From: Octopus vulgaris
Lineage: Eukaryota
Direction: 5' to 3'
Assembly (NCBI GenBank): GCA_951406725.2
Contig: OX597818.1
Span: 35,836,001-35,900,000 of the forward strand
DNA: 64,000 nt
The first letter of the stretch is position 1; every line of letters starts with the position of its first letter. This document shows positions 1-12,739 of the stretch, piece by piece. The notes below the pieces were generated by a model. It had not been told where the DNA came from, made no database searches, and was given only the letters and a program-made list of their open reading frames with translations. The position numbers and the translations under genes were made by a program.

Positions 1-904
1 TAATCATGGCAGAAAATGTACATACGGAGCGGGCCAACGAAACATAGGTAAATTAAATATCTCTGTCGACTGTAGACATATTCAAAGCCAGTCAACATGA
101 AGAGCATTTTTTTAATTCTACTATTTATTCTATGTATCATTATACTTTTATTTTTCTCATCAATTTTCTCTTTTTGCGGGGAAGGGATTACTCGCAACGA
201 CATAAGAGAGACGTGGGTACTACCTCTAACAGCCTAGAGGAAGGCTAACTTAAATAAAATTCCTTGCATACCGACACATTTTCAATAGGATTGACATTAA
301 TAGATATCAACACAAACGACAGCATAGTTAATAGGTAGTAGACACTCTATCTATTGCTTCAACATAGCAGCTGTCTAAGACCGAAACTAGAGAAATGAAA
401 GTGAAAGCAATATACATATATACATACATAATACACGCACACACAGTCACACACACAAATACTCACACAGATATGTATGTATGTATGCATGTACATATAT
501 CTGTGTATGTTTATGTATATGTGTATGCATATATATATATATGTGTGTGTGCATATGTGTGCGTGCGTGCGTGTGTTCGTGTACGTGTTTGTATGCAAGT
601 GTATGTATCTATCTATTATGTATGTATGTATGGGTAAATAATCCCAGTTTACTGCTGTACATTTTGTTGAACTGGTAGATATGTGATAGTTTTCAAGTCA
701 TGAATAGTCGGTCAGAACGGTAAAGATAGCTCTGTAAGGGAAAACAAAAAAATGGAGAGTGTGGGGAAAAAAGTTTGAAAAAATTCTTTTGTGAAAAATT
801 AAGCAACAGTCACGTACGATGTCATACATATAAATTTTTGCTTTGACTCAGATACATTAAAAAGAGAATAACTAGAATATAGAGAATAGCCATAACACAT
901 TGAA

Positions 905-908
<4 letters not shown>

Positions 909-967
<59 letters not shown>
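909..967. repeat. (TA)n microsatellite
   Basis: Pure AT dinucleotide run. Confidence 0.95.
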
Positions 968-971
<4 letters not shown>

Positions 972-1627
972 GGCATATACACTATGTGTATATGTATTTT
1001 TAGGTGTTGGTACATTTATATATAAAAATGATATGAATAAAACGTTGATGTTCATAAAAGACATATATGAAACCAAATCAAATCAAACATGGCGCATTTA
1101 TTGAATAAATGATTAAAAAACTAGATAGGAACAGAAAATATAATTCCTCTCTCTATGAAAGCTATAGCGAAAGCACGTCATTTAAAATCAAAGGTCTGCA
1201 TTGAAACTAGGCATATATTACTCGAAATAAAGGTTTTACAGTGTGTAATATATGCATATGGAGTGAAGTCGAGATTCCAATAGTTGTGAGAAAGAAGTGG
1301 AAGAGGAGGAGGAGTAGGAGGAGTAGGTGGAGGAGGAAACATGAAAAGGAAGTTGTCATTTGCCACAATTTAACCTTGATGGTTGACTAGTATACTATAA
1401 TGGAATTAGTTACTAGAAATATGAGCGTACACATATATTTATGAATCTGCTTGTATCTGTACATCTGATAGCGTGTGCGTGTGTCTGTGTGATTGCTGCG
1501 TAGGTGGATGCGTTAGGGAATGTGTAAATGAAGTGCTAGCTTACTTCTGAAAAAATGCAAAAATAAATGTTTATATCAATACTTAATTACTATTATATAT
1601 ATATATATATATATACGTGTATTTGTG

Positions 1628-1670
<43 letters not shown>

Positions 1671-1672
<2 letters not shown>

Positions 1673-1860
1673 CCATGATTGACCGCTACCTACTAAAGCT
1701 TTCTTTTTTTATTCTTTCTCTGTCTATTTTCTCGTATTCCTCTATGATGAAGAGCGTAGGCTCGAAACGACTTTCTCACTTCCCGAGCGTTAAAGTAATA
1801 CACCTGTTTGTTGTTTACACACCTGTCTTCGTCTTTTGTTTTTTGTAAATTCCAGCTATA
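1671..1860 (+). mobile_element. ~190-nt Penelope pLTR/retrozyme-like repeat, copy 1 (decayed hammerhead-like motif)
   Basis: Homologous to 6011-6221 and 38787-38972; ATGATGA-A-GAGC-GTAG-GCTC-GAAACG at ~1744-1769; long (TA)n on the left, short TATATA on the right. Confidence 0.6.
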
Positions 1861-2729
1861 TAAATGTATACACTTTTTGCTAACACATTGAGTCACATTA
1901 TCATTAATGTAGGTTTCAGGTAGGACACGACTGCGTCGCATTGTTCAAATGTCCTCGGGGGCACCGACTCAAACCACAACATCCTTTAGTTGTCTATTCC
2001 GCAGTAATAGCTAAATACTCTCCTTCTGGGTGTAAGTATTTGGCCCCTCATAAATGGCATCCTAACAGCGTGCTTAAATTTCATCCTGAATACCACCTGT
2101 GCCACTGAGTTGTTATATGCCAAAGCGAGTCCTGATCTTGTGATGACCCCAAGGCCACTGATGCTTTTAATCGCTGGAGTGTTCATATTACGTCTTCGAT
2201 TAACCAAAGCTGGCTTATAGCCCTATTGACTTTAGACTTGGTTGTATTACGAGTATTATACAGAAGCGGTTGCTCTCTGACCTCTCAACTCATGATCTTA
2301 TAGGTACTTGATAGATCAATAGTAGCCACAAGAATGGTGGGGGGCAATCCATTCAGGAAGAACCCGATCTTGAAATTTCCTAGTATGCATGATGCTTTTA
2401 TCATGCTCAGTCATTCATCTGCTTGTACCTCTATCTCGAATACACTCTTTCTATCATAAACATTTACTGGGGATTCTAGTGGGGTTAGAGCCTGGAGTTA
2501 GTGCTGAAGCTTGTTATTCATTTTCCCATTTGTCAGCAACATGCTCCTTTATTTCTTTGGTTTGAAATATATTTACTCATGAATTCACATCATAATGTGC
2601 ACTCAGGATCCATCTTGCTTGTGCGTGTGTTGAACTTGTTTTGGTTAAGTAATCCATAAAACCAATTGCTGGTAGTTGGTGGACGGTGGACATGTGGTTG
2701 AGCTGAAGTGGTATTCATCAAATGGTGAT

Positions 2730-2950
2730 ATTCTGTTAGCACACCAGGTGAAATGCGTAGCCGTATTTCGTCTGCCGTTACGTTCTGAGTTAAAATTCCG
2801 CCAAGGTCGACTTTGCCTTTCATCCTTTCGGGGTCGATTAAATAAGTACCAGTTACGCACTGGGGTCGATATAATCGACTTAATCCGTTTGTCTGTTCTT
2901 GTTTGTCCTCTCTGTATTTAGCCCCTTGTGGGTAGTAAAGAAATAGATAT
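2730..2950 (+). mobile_element. MetaSINE-like tRNA-derived SINE
   Basis: GTCGACTTTGCCTTTCATCCTTTCGGGGTCGAT..AAGTACCAG central domain (Meta/Sauria-type); many copies in window. Confidence 0.85.
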
Positions 2951-2994
2951 TCTGTTGTTTCAGCGGATGTCATGTAAACTCTAAGAGATACGAT

Positions 2995-3372
2995 CCATTA
3001 CCTACTGCCAGTTACCCCGGTATTTAAAAAGGGTAAAGATCTCCTTCGGTCATGATTGACCATGGGGATACACCTAGAATGTTCCTCTAAGAGGCACAAG
3101 CCCGGACAAGGATATTTGTAGAAGACCAGCAGTCGCTCATGCATACCAGCCTCCTTTCTCCACACCACCGATTTTATCCAAGGAAAAGGCAAAGGCTGCT
3201 ACAGCTTGGCACCAGTGATGTTGCAACTTACTTTTACCGCTGAGTGAATTCGAAAAACGAGAAATAGAATATCTTGCTCAAAAACATAACACATAGCTCG
3301 GTCCTGGAATCAAACTGAATATCTCATGTTTGTGAATCTGACTTTGTAACCACTGAGTCATGCGCCTTCGCA
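2995..3372 (-). mobile_element. tRNA-derived SINE (head type 2, tail Z)
   Basis: Minus strand GAAGGCGCATGACTCAGTGGTT head, B-box-like GTTTGATTCC, TTGAGCAAGA CORE-like segment, tail unlike other copies. Confidence 0.65.
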
Positions 3373-3377
3373 CTTTG

Positions 3378-3402
3378 GTATTTAAGAGACCAAATTTGTA
3401 TC

Positions 3403-3436
<34 letters not shown>

Positions 3437-3506
3437 TGTATGTATGTATGTATGTATGTATGTATGTATGTATGTATTTAAGAGACCAAATTTGTATCTA
3501 TATATG

Positions 3507-3540
<34 letters not shown>

Positions 3541-3550
3541 TGTATGTATG
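3378..3550. repeat. 96-bp-period tandem duplication including (TATG)n
   Basis: GTATTTAAGAGACCAAATTTGTATCTATATATGTA at 3378 and 3474, each followed by TATG repeats. Confidence 0.9.
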
Positions 3551-3831
3551 TCATTATTCAGGTTTATTTCAAGATTTCTTGCCAATAGAGAAACAATCCG
3601 TTTCTAACCTAGATCCGAGGCTCCGTTAGAATTTCAACATCAACAACTGTGTATTTTTGTTTGTATGTATGTATGTATGTGTGCAGATTTGTATGTTTTG
3701 CTTTGTGTATGTATTTTCATCCATACAGTTGCATATCTAGACATGCTCATATATACTTAAATGATAAACTTCTGGAATGTTTTACAAATTTCTACAGTTC
3801 CAGTGATAGCTTGAATCTGTAGTCTTCGAAG
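3551..3831 (-). mobile_element. 5'-truncated R4-clade non-LTR element family 2 (3' end) in (CATA)n
   Basis: Minus strand encodes LRRLQIQAITGTVEICKTFQKFII* plus a 3' UTR homologous to 17627-17900; (TATG)n on both flanks. Confidence 0.8.
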
Positions 3832-4819
3832 TATGTATGTATGTATTTACGTATGTATGTATGTATTATGCATGTGTGTATGCGTGTATGTGTGTTTGTA
3901 TGTACCTACATGTGTATGTATGTTTAGATACATATTACACATATTTTGTACACACGTACGTCTGCGCACTCATACTCTCTCTCTCCCTCCCATCTCTCTC
4001 TTTCCCACACATACACACACTCTCTCTCCTACAATTCGATTCGTCTTTTATTATTGAGTATCTCTATCAGCAAATATGTTATTCCTAAACTAGCATCCAG
4101 ATAATATCTTGAAATTACCTTACATGCATTGATATGTGTGTGAAGGAGTCGGTAGAAAAAGATTAAAATAATGATAATATTTGACTCATATGGAATGACC
4201 TAGGTTGTTAATAGGGCTTTTGGATAAACATTAAGAAATCGCCCGGATTATAATAAAAACCCGATTTGTACATTGGAGGGAAGTTGACAAATCTGGAATG
4301 CCGATTTGGCTGTGTATAGCTTGCTTTCACGCTTTCTTATCTACATACCTTCAAACAGACAAATCCAGATTCATGCAAAAGAGATAATTCAGCCTTTTAA
4401 CACTTACTGCACTAATCCAGATTATACATATTTTATGTATTTATACTTCAGCCAATCGTTATTTTTTTTTCATGGGATTATCTTATCGTTTATCGCTAAA
4501 ATCTACATACATTCATAACATGTTTAATTTCCTCTAAATAAATTAAAGCAAATTTAGTTGATACTGTGATATGCAGACCTCGTTGGTTTTGTTGTTTAGC
4601 TCCAAGTAACTCTAATCGAATAGAGCAATGACTATAAGGCAAACTTAGCGGCTGATTCTGGCAGGTCGAGCAGCCATATAACGCTCAGTGACTTGAAGTT
4701 TAACATTCTTTTTTTTTTTATTTCTCGATAAGTATTGTAGAAATTTACATGACGATTGGGATTAATTAGTATTAAAATAGCTGCATTAATTCCAACTCAG
4801 GAAGTCATTTTAATCTTTT

Positions 4820-4994
4820 AATCTTATAGTTGCTTCAGTCATTGGACTGCAGCCATTCTGGGGACAACATCTTCAAGGCTTCAGTCGAACACATTGATCT
4901 CAGTATTTATCTTTGAAGTCCAGTGCTTATTCTGTCAGACTGTTTTAGAGGAACGTAAGAAATCCATCACCGGTTGTCAAGCGGTATTTGGGGC

Positions 4995-5041
<47 letters not shown>

Positions 5042-5215
5042 ACACACGCACGCAAACACGCATGCAGTATGACGGTTTCTCACATACTTTCTATCCGCTA
5101 AATACTCTCATGGAGCTTTATTCGGTCAGGGGCTATGATAGAAGATATTTGTCTAAGGTAACGAGCAGTGGGCCTAAACTTGATTTCATGTGGCTGAAAA
5201 GTGACTTTCTTAATC
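4820..5215 (-). mobile_element. Degenerate SINE family A (internal microsatellite)
   Basis: Diverged match to 7432-7852. Confidence 0.7.
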
Positions 5216-5366
5216 TCATATATATATATATTCTATTTATTTATTTATGCAGCTGAGTATAGCGCTGCATTTAAATTGATGTAATGATTGCATTGTTCAA
5301 TTAATGGAGCCGTTTGAAACGGTCGTATTGCATCACCTCTGGATATCCTGTACTTATTTTGATTAT

Positions 5367-5411
<45 letters not shown>

Positions 5412-5412
5412 G

Positions 5413-5517
5413 TAAGGTGACTAAGGGTGCAATCAGCGCCAGCATTGTTGGAAATAAGAACAAAACGACTCTTATTTGAAGCAATATAGGTGTTGACTTG
5501 CACCCTTAGTCACTTTA
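5413..5517. mobile_element. ~105-bp palindromic MITE-like element
   Basis: TAAGGTGACTAAGGGTGCAA...TTGCACCCTTAGTCACTTTA; imperfect arms of ~47 bp, ~10-nt loop. Confidence 0.7.
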
Positions 5518-5582
5518 GTGACGATTGTACTCGTACCATGTGGTTTAAATTGCGACTAGCCAACTTAATAATTTATAGATAT

Positions 5583-5646
<64 letters not shown>

Positions 5647-5912
5647 GCGGGGAGGACCGAAATCCTTCAAAGAAATGTCAAACAGCCAAGTCCGCTGCTA
5701 CAGTCTAAGCGAAGATTATATATAAAAATATATATTCAGTATTTGCAAAAACAGCGAATGACGTATATGGAAAGGAAAAGTTGTAAGTGTGGACGAACTT
5801 TAATGAAATTCAAACCCAAGTTGGGACAGAATGTATATTGGTTCTGTACCAACTTGGATTTGAAGTAAATAAAATTTCGTCTACATTTACAATTTTTCCT
5901 TTCCTTACACAC

Positions 5913-6010
<98 letters not shown>

Positions 6011-6221
6011 GATCGCCATGTTGATTCGCCAGCCTCTGCACGCATTTTTTCTCTCCTTGTTTCTCTCCGTGTTTCTTTTCTGTGTATCTTTCTGTTGAAG
6101 AGCGTAGGCTCGAAACGTAAAAGACTTGTTTATTTATATTCCTGAGCGCCATACTAATACAATTGTTTGTTTGTATTCCATCTGCCTTCTTCTTTTGTTT
6201 ATTTTCATAAAGCTTCCCGTT
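6011..6221 (+). mobile_element. ~210-nt Penelope pLTR/retrozyme-like repeat, copy 2
   Basis: Flanked by (TA)n on both sides; homologous to the 1671 and 38787 copies. Confidence 0.7.
6087..6124 (+). ncRNA. Minimal type I hammerhead-ribozyme-like motif (A6U variant)
   Basis: TCTTT-CTGTTGA-A-GAGC(GTAG)GCTC-GAAA-CGTA-AAAGA: stem I TCTTT/AAAGA, stem II GAGC/GCTC, palindromic ACGT stem III, GUA cleavage triplet. Confidence 0.55.
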
Positions 6222-6261
6222 ATATATATATATATATATACGAAGACAATTGGCTCCGAGT

Positions 6262-6697
6262 GGCTGGTCGTAAGTCGATTTGGTTGTAAGTCGGCCTGTA
6301 GGCCTATGCATAGCTTTGTTTGATATTTTTACATTCTTGAGGTACATTCTCAGGTACAATTTACGCACAGCACTCTATATTACACTATCATACTGGCGTT
6401 AGTAAAAAAATTTCGGTGTCTCAAACAGTCATCTTATAAACAAATACGAGGTTGCCTTGATGTCTCCGCGACAGGATATTCATCCGACGCTTGGGATAAC
6501 CACACTGTCGATTGATAACCAAACCTAGGGGAAGTGTTTGTTAGTTGCCATTCTATGTAGACGGGTTAATTTCTACGAAATTAAACCCAAAAGATTTAAA
6601 CTGGACTATATATTATTGCTGCCGGGAGCTGGCGCGCCAATCGTCATAAAGTCGATCGGTCGTAAGTCGGATAGGGTCGTGAGTCGACGGCGACCTG

Positions 6698-6698
<1 letters not shown>
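6262..6698 (-). mobile_element. pogo/Tigger-like DNA transposon remnant (one end)
   Basis: Minus strand starts CAGGTCGCCGTCGACTCACGAC with repeated GACTTACGAC-like subterminal motifs; matching opposite TIR not found. Confidence 0.4.
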
Positions 6699-6739
<41 letters not shown>

Positions 6740-6743
<4 letters not shown>

Positions 6744-6847
6744 CGAGGGGTGTATAAAAAGTCTTGAGCCTCTAAAGAGCAAAACATGGTACAAGACTTC
6801 AAGGCTCAAAGGTTTGCAGGCTCAAAACTTTTCATACACCACTCGTA
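6740..6847. mobile_element. ~107-bp mariner-derived MITE
   Basis: TIRs CGAGGGGTGTATAAAAAGTCTTGAGCCT / AGGCTCAAAACTTTTCATACACCACTCG, TA-flanked. Confidence 0.75.
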
Positions 6848-7431
6848 CATACGAAGATATATAATTAAATATATGCATACATATGTACATGTGTGTGTGT
6901 GTGTGTGTGTGTGTGCGTGCATACTTGTGTGTGTGTGTGTGTGTGTGCGTGCGTTTGTGTGTCTGTGTGTGTGTGTTCTTTATATCGTTTTTATTTCTTA
7001 AAGCGACGATCCTTCCTCTATAGCGTACATATGAAAATTTTAGTCTTGCAGTTTATTGGTTCTTTTTTCTTTTCGTTTTTTTCTCCTTCCTTCCTTCCTT
7101 TCTTCCTTCCATGTTTCCTTTCGCGATTTCCCACCATAACTATCTTTTTCTTTATGTTTCTGATATTCCACCCACCCCCAGCCACGCACGTAACATACTT
7201 GTACACATATACATATACACGTATACACACTGAAAATTTATTGATTTAAGAACAGCATATGCAAATGTATCCCCCCCACACGCATAGGCAAGTACATCTA
7301 CATTATATACACGTGTATATATGTGTGCAATATATATGTGTGTGTATATATATATATATATATCTACACACATATACATATACATAATTTATACATGTTA
7401 CATATATATGCATTACATATATATAACATAT

Positions 7432-7644
7432 ACTCTTTTACTTGTTTCAGTCATGTGACAGTGGCTATGCAGGAGTATCTCTTTAGTCGGGCAAATCGAC
7501 CCCAGGACCTATTCTTTTTAAGCCTAGTACTTATCCTATCGGTCTCATTTGCCGAACCGCTAAGTTACGGGGACATAAACACTCCAGCATCGCTTGACAA
7601 GCGATGTTGGGAGGGGGGACAAACACAGAAACACCAACACACAC

Positions 7645-7691
<47 letters not shown>

Positions 7692-7852
7692 TATACGTCG
7701 GGCTTCTTTAGGTTTCCGTCTACCAAATTCACTCACAAGGCTTTGGTCGGCCCGAGGCTATAGTAGAAGACACTTGCCCAAGGTGCCACAGAATGGGACT
7801 GAACCCGGAACCAAGTGGTTCATAAGCAAGCTACTTAACCCACAGCCACTCC
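7432..7852 (-). mobile_element. SINE family A (tRNA head, CORE-like CCTTGGGCAAG, internal (TA)n(TG)n)
   Basis: Minus strand GGAGTGGCTGTG..GGTTCCGGGTTCAGTCCC head and GACTGAAACAAGTAAAAGAG tail. Confidence 0.85.
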
Positions 7853-8077
7853 TTATATATTACCGTTAAACATCCATTAATGTTATATCGGCCGTAGAAA
7901 TGAATGCATAAACATGATCCACCCGATGTCCATGGGTACTACGGACTGCACAGTAATCAAACCAAGAATACGGGTTATCACCTTAGGAACCACGTAACTC
8001 GTGGAAACGTCCGTAGCGATGCATTAAGATATTTATAAATTCCACCTGAGGATCGTTATTATTATCATTATTCCTGC

Positions 8078-8112
<35 letters not shown>

Positions 8113-8117
<5 letters not shown>

Positions 8118-8459
8118 GGCCATGGTGGAGCATCGCCTTTAATCGAGCAACTCGACCCCGGGACTTATACTTTGTAAGCCCAGTACTTATTCTATCGGTC
8201 TCTTTTGTCGAACCGCTAAGTGACGGGGACGTAAACACACCAGCATCGGTTGTCAAGCAATGCTAGGGGGATAAACACAGACACACAAACGTATATATAT
8301 ATATACATATATACGACAGGCTTCTTTCAGTTTCCGTCAACCAAATCCACTCACAAGGCATTGGTCGGCCCGGGGCTTACCCAAGGTGCCACGCAGTGGG
8401 ACTGAACCCGGAACCTTGTGGTTGGTTAGCAAGCTACTTACCACACAACCACTCCTGCG

Positions 8460-8463
<4 letters not shown>
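8113..8463 (-). mobile_element. SINE family A
   Basis: High similarity to 7432-7852 and 52925-53330. Confidence 0.85.
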
Positions 8464-8503
<40 letters not shown>

Positions 8504-9533
8504 CATACATATATACATATATACATGTATACATATATACATACTATACATACGCACATACACACATGCATAAATATATATTCATATGTGTGTATGTGCG
8601 CGTGTGTGTATGCGACTGTAAATGTATGGGTGTGTAAACCTGTGTGAGTGATTTGCGTGGGTTTATGCGTGGCCGTCCATATATATATTTTCGATTGAAA
8701 GAAAGCTGTACGTGCATATCTACAATTTTGCATGAAAATGAGTTTAATAAGTATGGATTTAAGCCAAATAATGTAACATTTATAATACTTTCAATATCTT
8801 CTTCGGAATGTTCTTTTGTTTGGTCTTCCCCGTTTTCCGGTTTGATATTTAACATTTTTAAAATTTTGCGTTTAACCATATGACAATGAAGCTATTTACT
8901 TTGGATTAGAATTGAATGTAGATTTAATCACTGTAATGTAAATTAAATCCTTAATCTTGGTGGCAAAAGCATATCTCAATAAATGTATGTGTATTAGTGT
9001 TTTAGCTGTTGTATATATGTTTTTTAAGAGGCTGAAATCAGCTTAATTGATTATCTAAAACTGAGTACAATTCTCATACAGATTGAGGATATATTTTTCC
9101 TTGACAAAATCGTAGCTATTTTAACTCAAAGGAATTTTAATCTCATATACATAATTGAAGGGCAGTAGAGTTGACAATTTGGTGAAATCGTTAGAACGCC
9201 GAACAGAATGCTTGGTGATATTTGTTTTGATTTTCTGCGTTAGAGTTCAAATCCCTGGTCCTATATCTCGGTTGCAAATAAAAGAAAACATCATCATCAT
9301 CATATATTTCACTTCTCAGATATCATGATTTCACTTGCTTCGGCTAATTTTCTAAGAGCGGACAGCGAACAATTTTCGTACGTCCCACAGTGTCTTCTTC
9401 AACAGTACTTAAGATCCAAGTACCAATATTATTATTATTGTTTTTGCTATTATTATTTATTTTTATTATATATTGTTATTATTATTTATTTTTTATATGT
9501 TGTTTTTATTATCATCATTATTGTTGTTGTTGC

Positions 9534-9563
<30 letters not shown>

Positions 9564-9564
<1 letters not shown>

Positions 9565-9933
9565 GAGTGAGAGAGCAGTGCATGCCATCAAAGTGACACT
9601 GGGGTAAAATAAACGAAGCACAGTATACCCATCATGACTACTCGTCTGATAAGGGTACACCAGGTACATGCATCACAACCATATGTGCATGACATGGTGA
9701 TCTCATATCAAGATAAACAGCGCATGATCTTGCAGGTGGGGCCCAGTTAGAAATTTCTTCTGGTCGAGTAACCCATCCCGCTCAAGAGATCCCTGAATAA
9801 GGGTTGTTTAAGGATGTTGAGCGAAACACTAGTGTTTCCAGAGGTGAATTATTCAAACCTCAAATAATCCCTCTCAACACATGGCTATGATGCTCCCTCA
9901 CTACTTCGGCACGTGATCAGAGATGCACATATC
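9564..9933 (-). mobile_element. (TAA)n-associated non-coding element family F, truncated
   Basis: Matches 55731-56100; (TTA)n on both sides; abuts the Dong 3' end; strand inferred from the TAA tail. Confidence 0.8.
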
Positions 9934-9955
9934 CTCTTTTATTATTATTATTATT

Positions 9956-12624
9956 CTATGTTTGACTTTTGCTTTATGTCTGTACAAGTTGGCTCCAAGT
10001 CTCACCCAGAGACCTCAAGAGACAACAGGTTGGAAGTTCTGATCCATATATTTGGGTTTTTTTTTTTTTTTGGTGTTGTACTAGTGAATGTCTAATACAT
10101 AAAAATAAAATAAAATAAAAATAAAAAATTAAGTAAAAAAAAAGTTTGTTTTAAACCTTGGGATTACATAGAGAGTATTTTGCGTAGGATATGAGCAGTT
10201 CCCATGAGCACTATCTTTTGAATTTCTGCCATTTTGGGGTTTCCTGGTATCTGAGTTAGGTAGCAATCAGTCCCTTTCGCTATCATTCCCAGGGCACCTA
10301 TGACAACAGGTATTGTTTTAGTCTTCAGCTTCCACATTTTGCTGATTTCTATTTCAAGATCTTTATATTTGCTCAGTTTTTGGTAGGTCTTGACAGATAC
10401 GTTTATATCGATTGGGACAGTCATATCAATGAGGAGGCATGTTCTTTGTCTGAAGTCTTTCAATATGATGTCTGGCCTATTTGCATCTATCTTCCTGTCA
10501 GTTTGAATGGTGAAGTTCCAGAGGAGTGAGATGTGGTCATTTTCAAGCACTGGAGGTGGATTGTGTTCCCATCAGTTTTTTTCATGGGGCAAATCCAGGT
10601 TTTTGCAAATTACCCAGTGAATATATTGTGCAGCTCTATCATGCCTGTTGAGGTACTCTGTAGGCGCTAGAAGACTGCATTTGGAGACAACATGATCAAT
10701 GGTTTCATTTTGTTGTCGGCATACACGACATGTTGGGCTACTGCCGTTCTTTAATATGTTGGCCTGGTAGCTTCTTGTTGGTAGGCATTGATCTTGAGCT
10801 GCTATGATAAACCCCTCTGTTTCAGATTTTAAGCCAGAGGCCATTAGCCATTGATGGGTCAGGGCTTTGTCAATATCTGCATTATTCGCTCTCTTTGGGT
10901 ATTTGCCATAGAGAGGTTTTTCTTGCCATTTATTATTCAGAATATCTAAGGCCGCAGTTTTGGCACGGGTTTTCATGCGCCTAGCTTTTTCTGTGCTTGT
11001 TTCTTGTATGTCTATCTCTAATTCCGAAATTGGTTGTATTCGGAATTCACTTAGATATTCCTTTGCCTGTTTTGTGACTGAGTATGATGCTTTCTTGTTT
11101 TCATGTTTTGAGACAAGTTTTAACATCCAGTCCTCAGAGTTTTTCAGGTAGGTGTCTAGGCCAATTGTAGCAATCTTCATTGTTACTGCCAGTTGCAAAA
11201 GACCACGGCCACCCTCTTTTCTTGGCAGATAGAGTCGTTCTGTATCTGCCTTAGGGTGGTGCATTCTATGCATTGTCAACAGTTTCCTTATTTTTCTGTC
11301 GAGCTGACATATTTCAGTAATTGACCAGTTAACAATACTGAAACTGTAAGTCACGACTGGTATGGCTAATGCATTGATCGCTTCGATCCTGTTTCTTGCA
11401 TTCAGCTCTGTCTTGAGTATTGCTCTCACTCTTCGATAGCATTCTCTCCTGATCCTTTCCTTCATCTCTGAATGCCTTATTCCGTTCCCTTCAATTACCC
11501 CTATGTACTTGTAGCCCTCCGCTGGGTCTAGTTCTTTTATGACATTCTGCTGCTCAAGGTTAACGTTAGATGTTTCTGTCATTTATCCTTTGATAAAGGT
11601 AGCTTTTGCACACTTATCGAGGCCGAATTGCATTCTGATGTCGTCACTGAATTGTTTGACTATCGCTAGTAAGCCCTTGAGTTGTTGGTCATTTTTTGCA
11701 AAAAGCTTTAAATCATCCATGTAATTGAGATGATTTATATTTTTATCAAACATTTTATACCCGTACTGCGCGTCATTGAGCAGCTTTGAGAGAGGTATTA
11801 AGGATAAACAAAAGAGGAGTGGTGACAGTGAGTCACCCTGGAAAATGCCGCACGAAATTTTTACATCACCAGCAATTAGGGATTCATTGTCACTGTTCAG
11901 AGTTAGTGTGGTTCTCCATGATCTCATACTTACAGTCAAGACGTTTCGCAGAGTAGGTGCTATCTTATATATTTCCAGGCATTTCCTAATCCAGCTATGT
12001 GGTAGGCTATCAAAAGCCTTTTTATAGTCTATCCAGGCTATTGATAAGTTTTTGTGTCGTTTGTGACAATCTTCTAAGATCATCTTATTGATGAGTAGTT
12101 GGTCTTTACAGCCGTAGGATCCACGTTTACATCCTTTCTGTTCATTAGGGAATATGCTGCTGTCTGTTAAAAAACTATAGGTATATTCCGTCAGGACAGA
12201 TGTTAGCGTTTTGTACATAGTTGTTAAGCAGGTTATGGGTCTATAGTTTTTTGGTTCATTTGTTTCTTCACTTTTTGGAAGCAGGAATGTTAACCCATTA
12301 ACTAGCCAAGGAGGCATCCTACTAGGGTGTTGCAAAACATCATTGTATAGTTCTGTTAGCAGCTCATGGCTCTCTGGGAAGGCATTCAGCCAGAAGTTAG
12401 GAATTTTATCCTTTCCTGGAGACTTCCATTTGCTTGACCTCCTGAGAGCAGATCTTATATCTTCTACCTTGACACCCTCCCACTTTTGCTCTTCTAAGGG
12501 GTCCAGTTCTATAGATATTCTGTCAATCCAGGGGGCCTTTTCGTTGTGTGTTTTTTCTTCTGCCCAGATTTTATTCCAAATCCCTGCATTCTTCTTTTGA
12601 TGGTACAGACCTTGCAGTAAACGC

Positions 12625-12626
<2 letters not shown>
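9956..12626 (-). mobile_element. R4/Dong-clade non-LTR retrotransposon, 5'-truncated, inserted in (TAA)n
   Basis: RT motifs WKSPGKD, YRPITCL, WIDYKKAFDS, GIFQGDSLSPLLF, YMDDLKL; CCHC CRVC..ETIDHVVSKC; RHD; REL RPD..IDM..KY.DL; (TTA)n at 9939-9955 and 12627-12734. Confidence 0.95.
10164..12578 (-). pseudogene. Dong RT-zinc knuckle-REL endonuclease ORF, disrupted by two in-frame stops
   Basis: ORFs 12335-11583, 11582-10572 and 10550-10164 share one frame; stops at 11583-11585 and 10572-10574 (probably TGG>TGA); frameshift near 12578 (EECRD/FWNKIW). Confidence 0.9.
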
Positions 12627-12706
<80 letters not shown>

Positions 12707-12739
12707 TTTATTTTTATTATTATTATTTTATTATTCTTA

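Noticed and set aside
1900-2560. Compositionally balanced stretch that might be coding
   Set aside because: No recognisable motif or splice-bounded frame; probably an unrecognised old TE
7975-8020. CTTAGGA..CACG/CGTG-GAAACGTC hammerhead-like string
   Set aside because: Core mutated and no stem I; single copy
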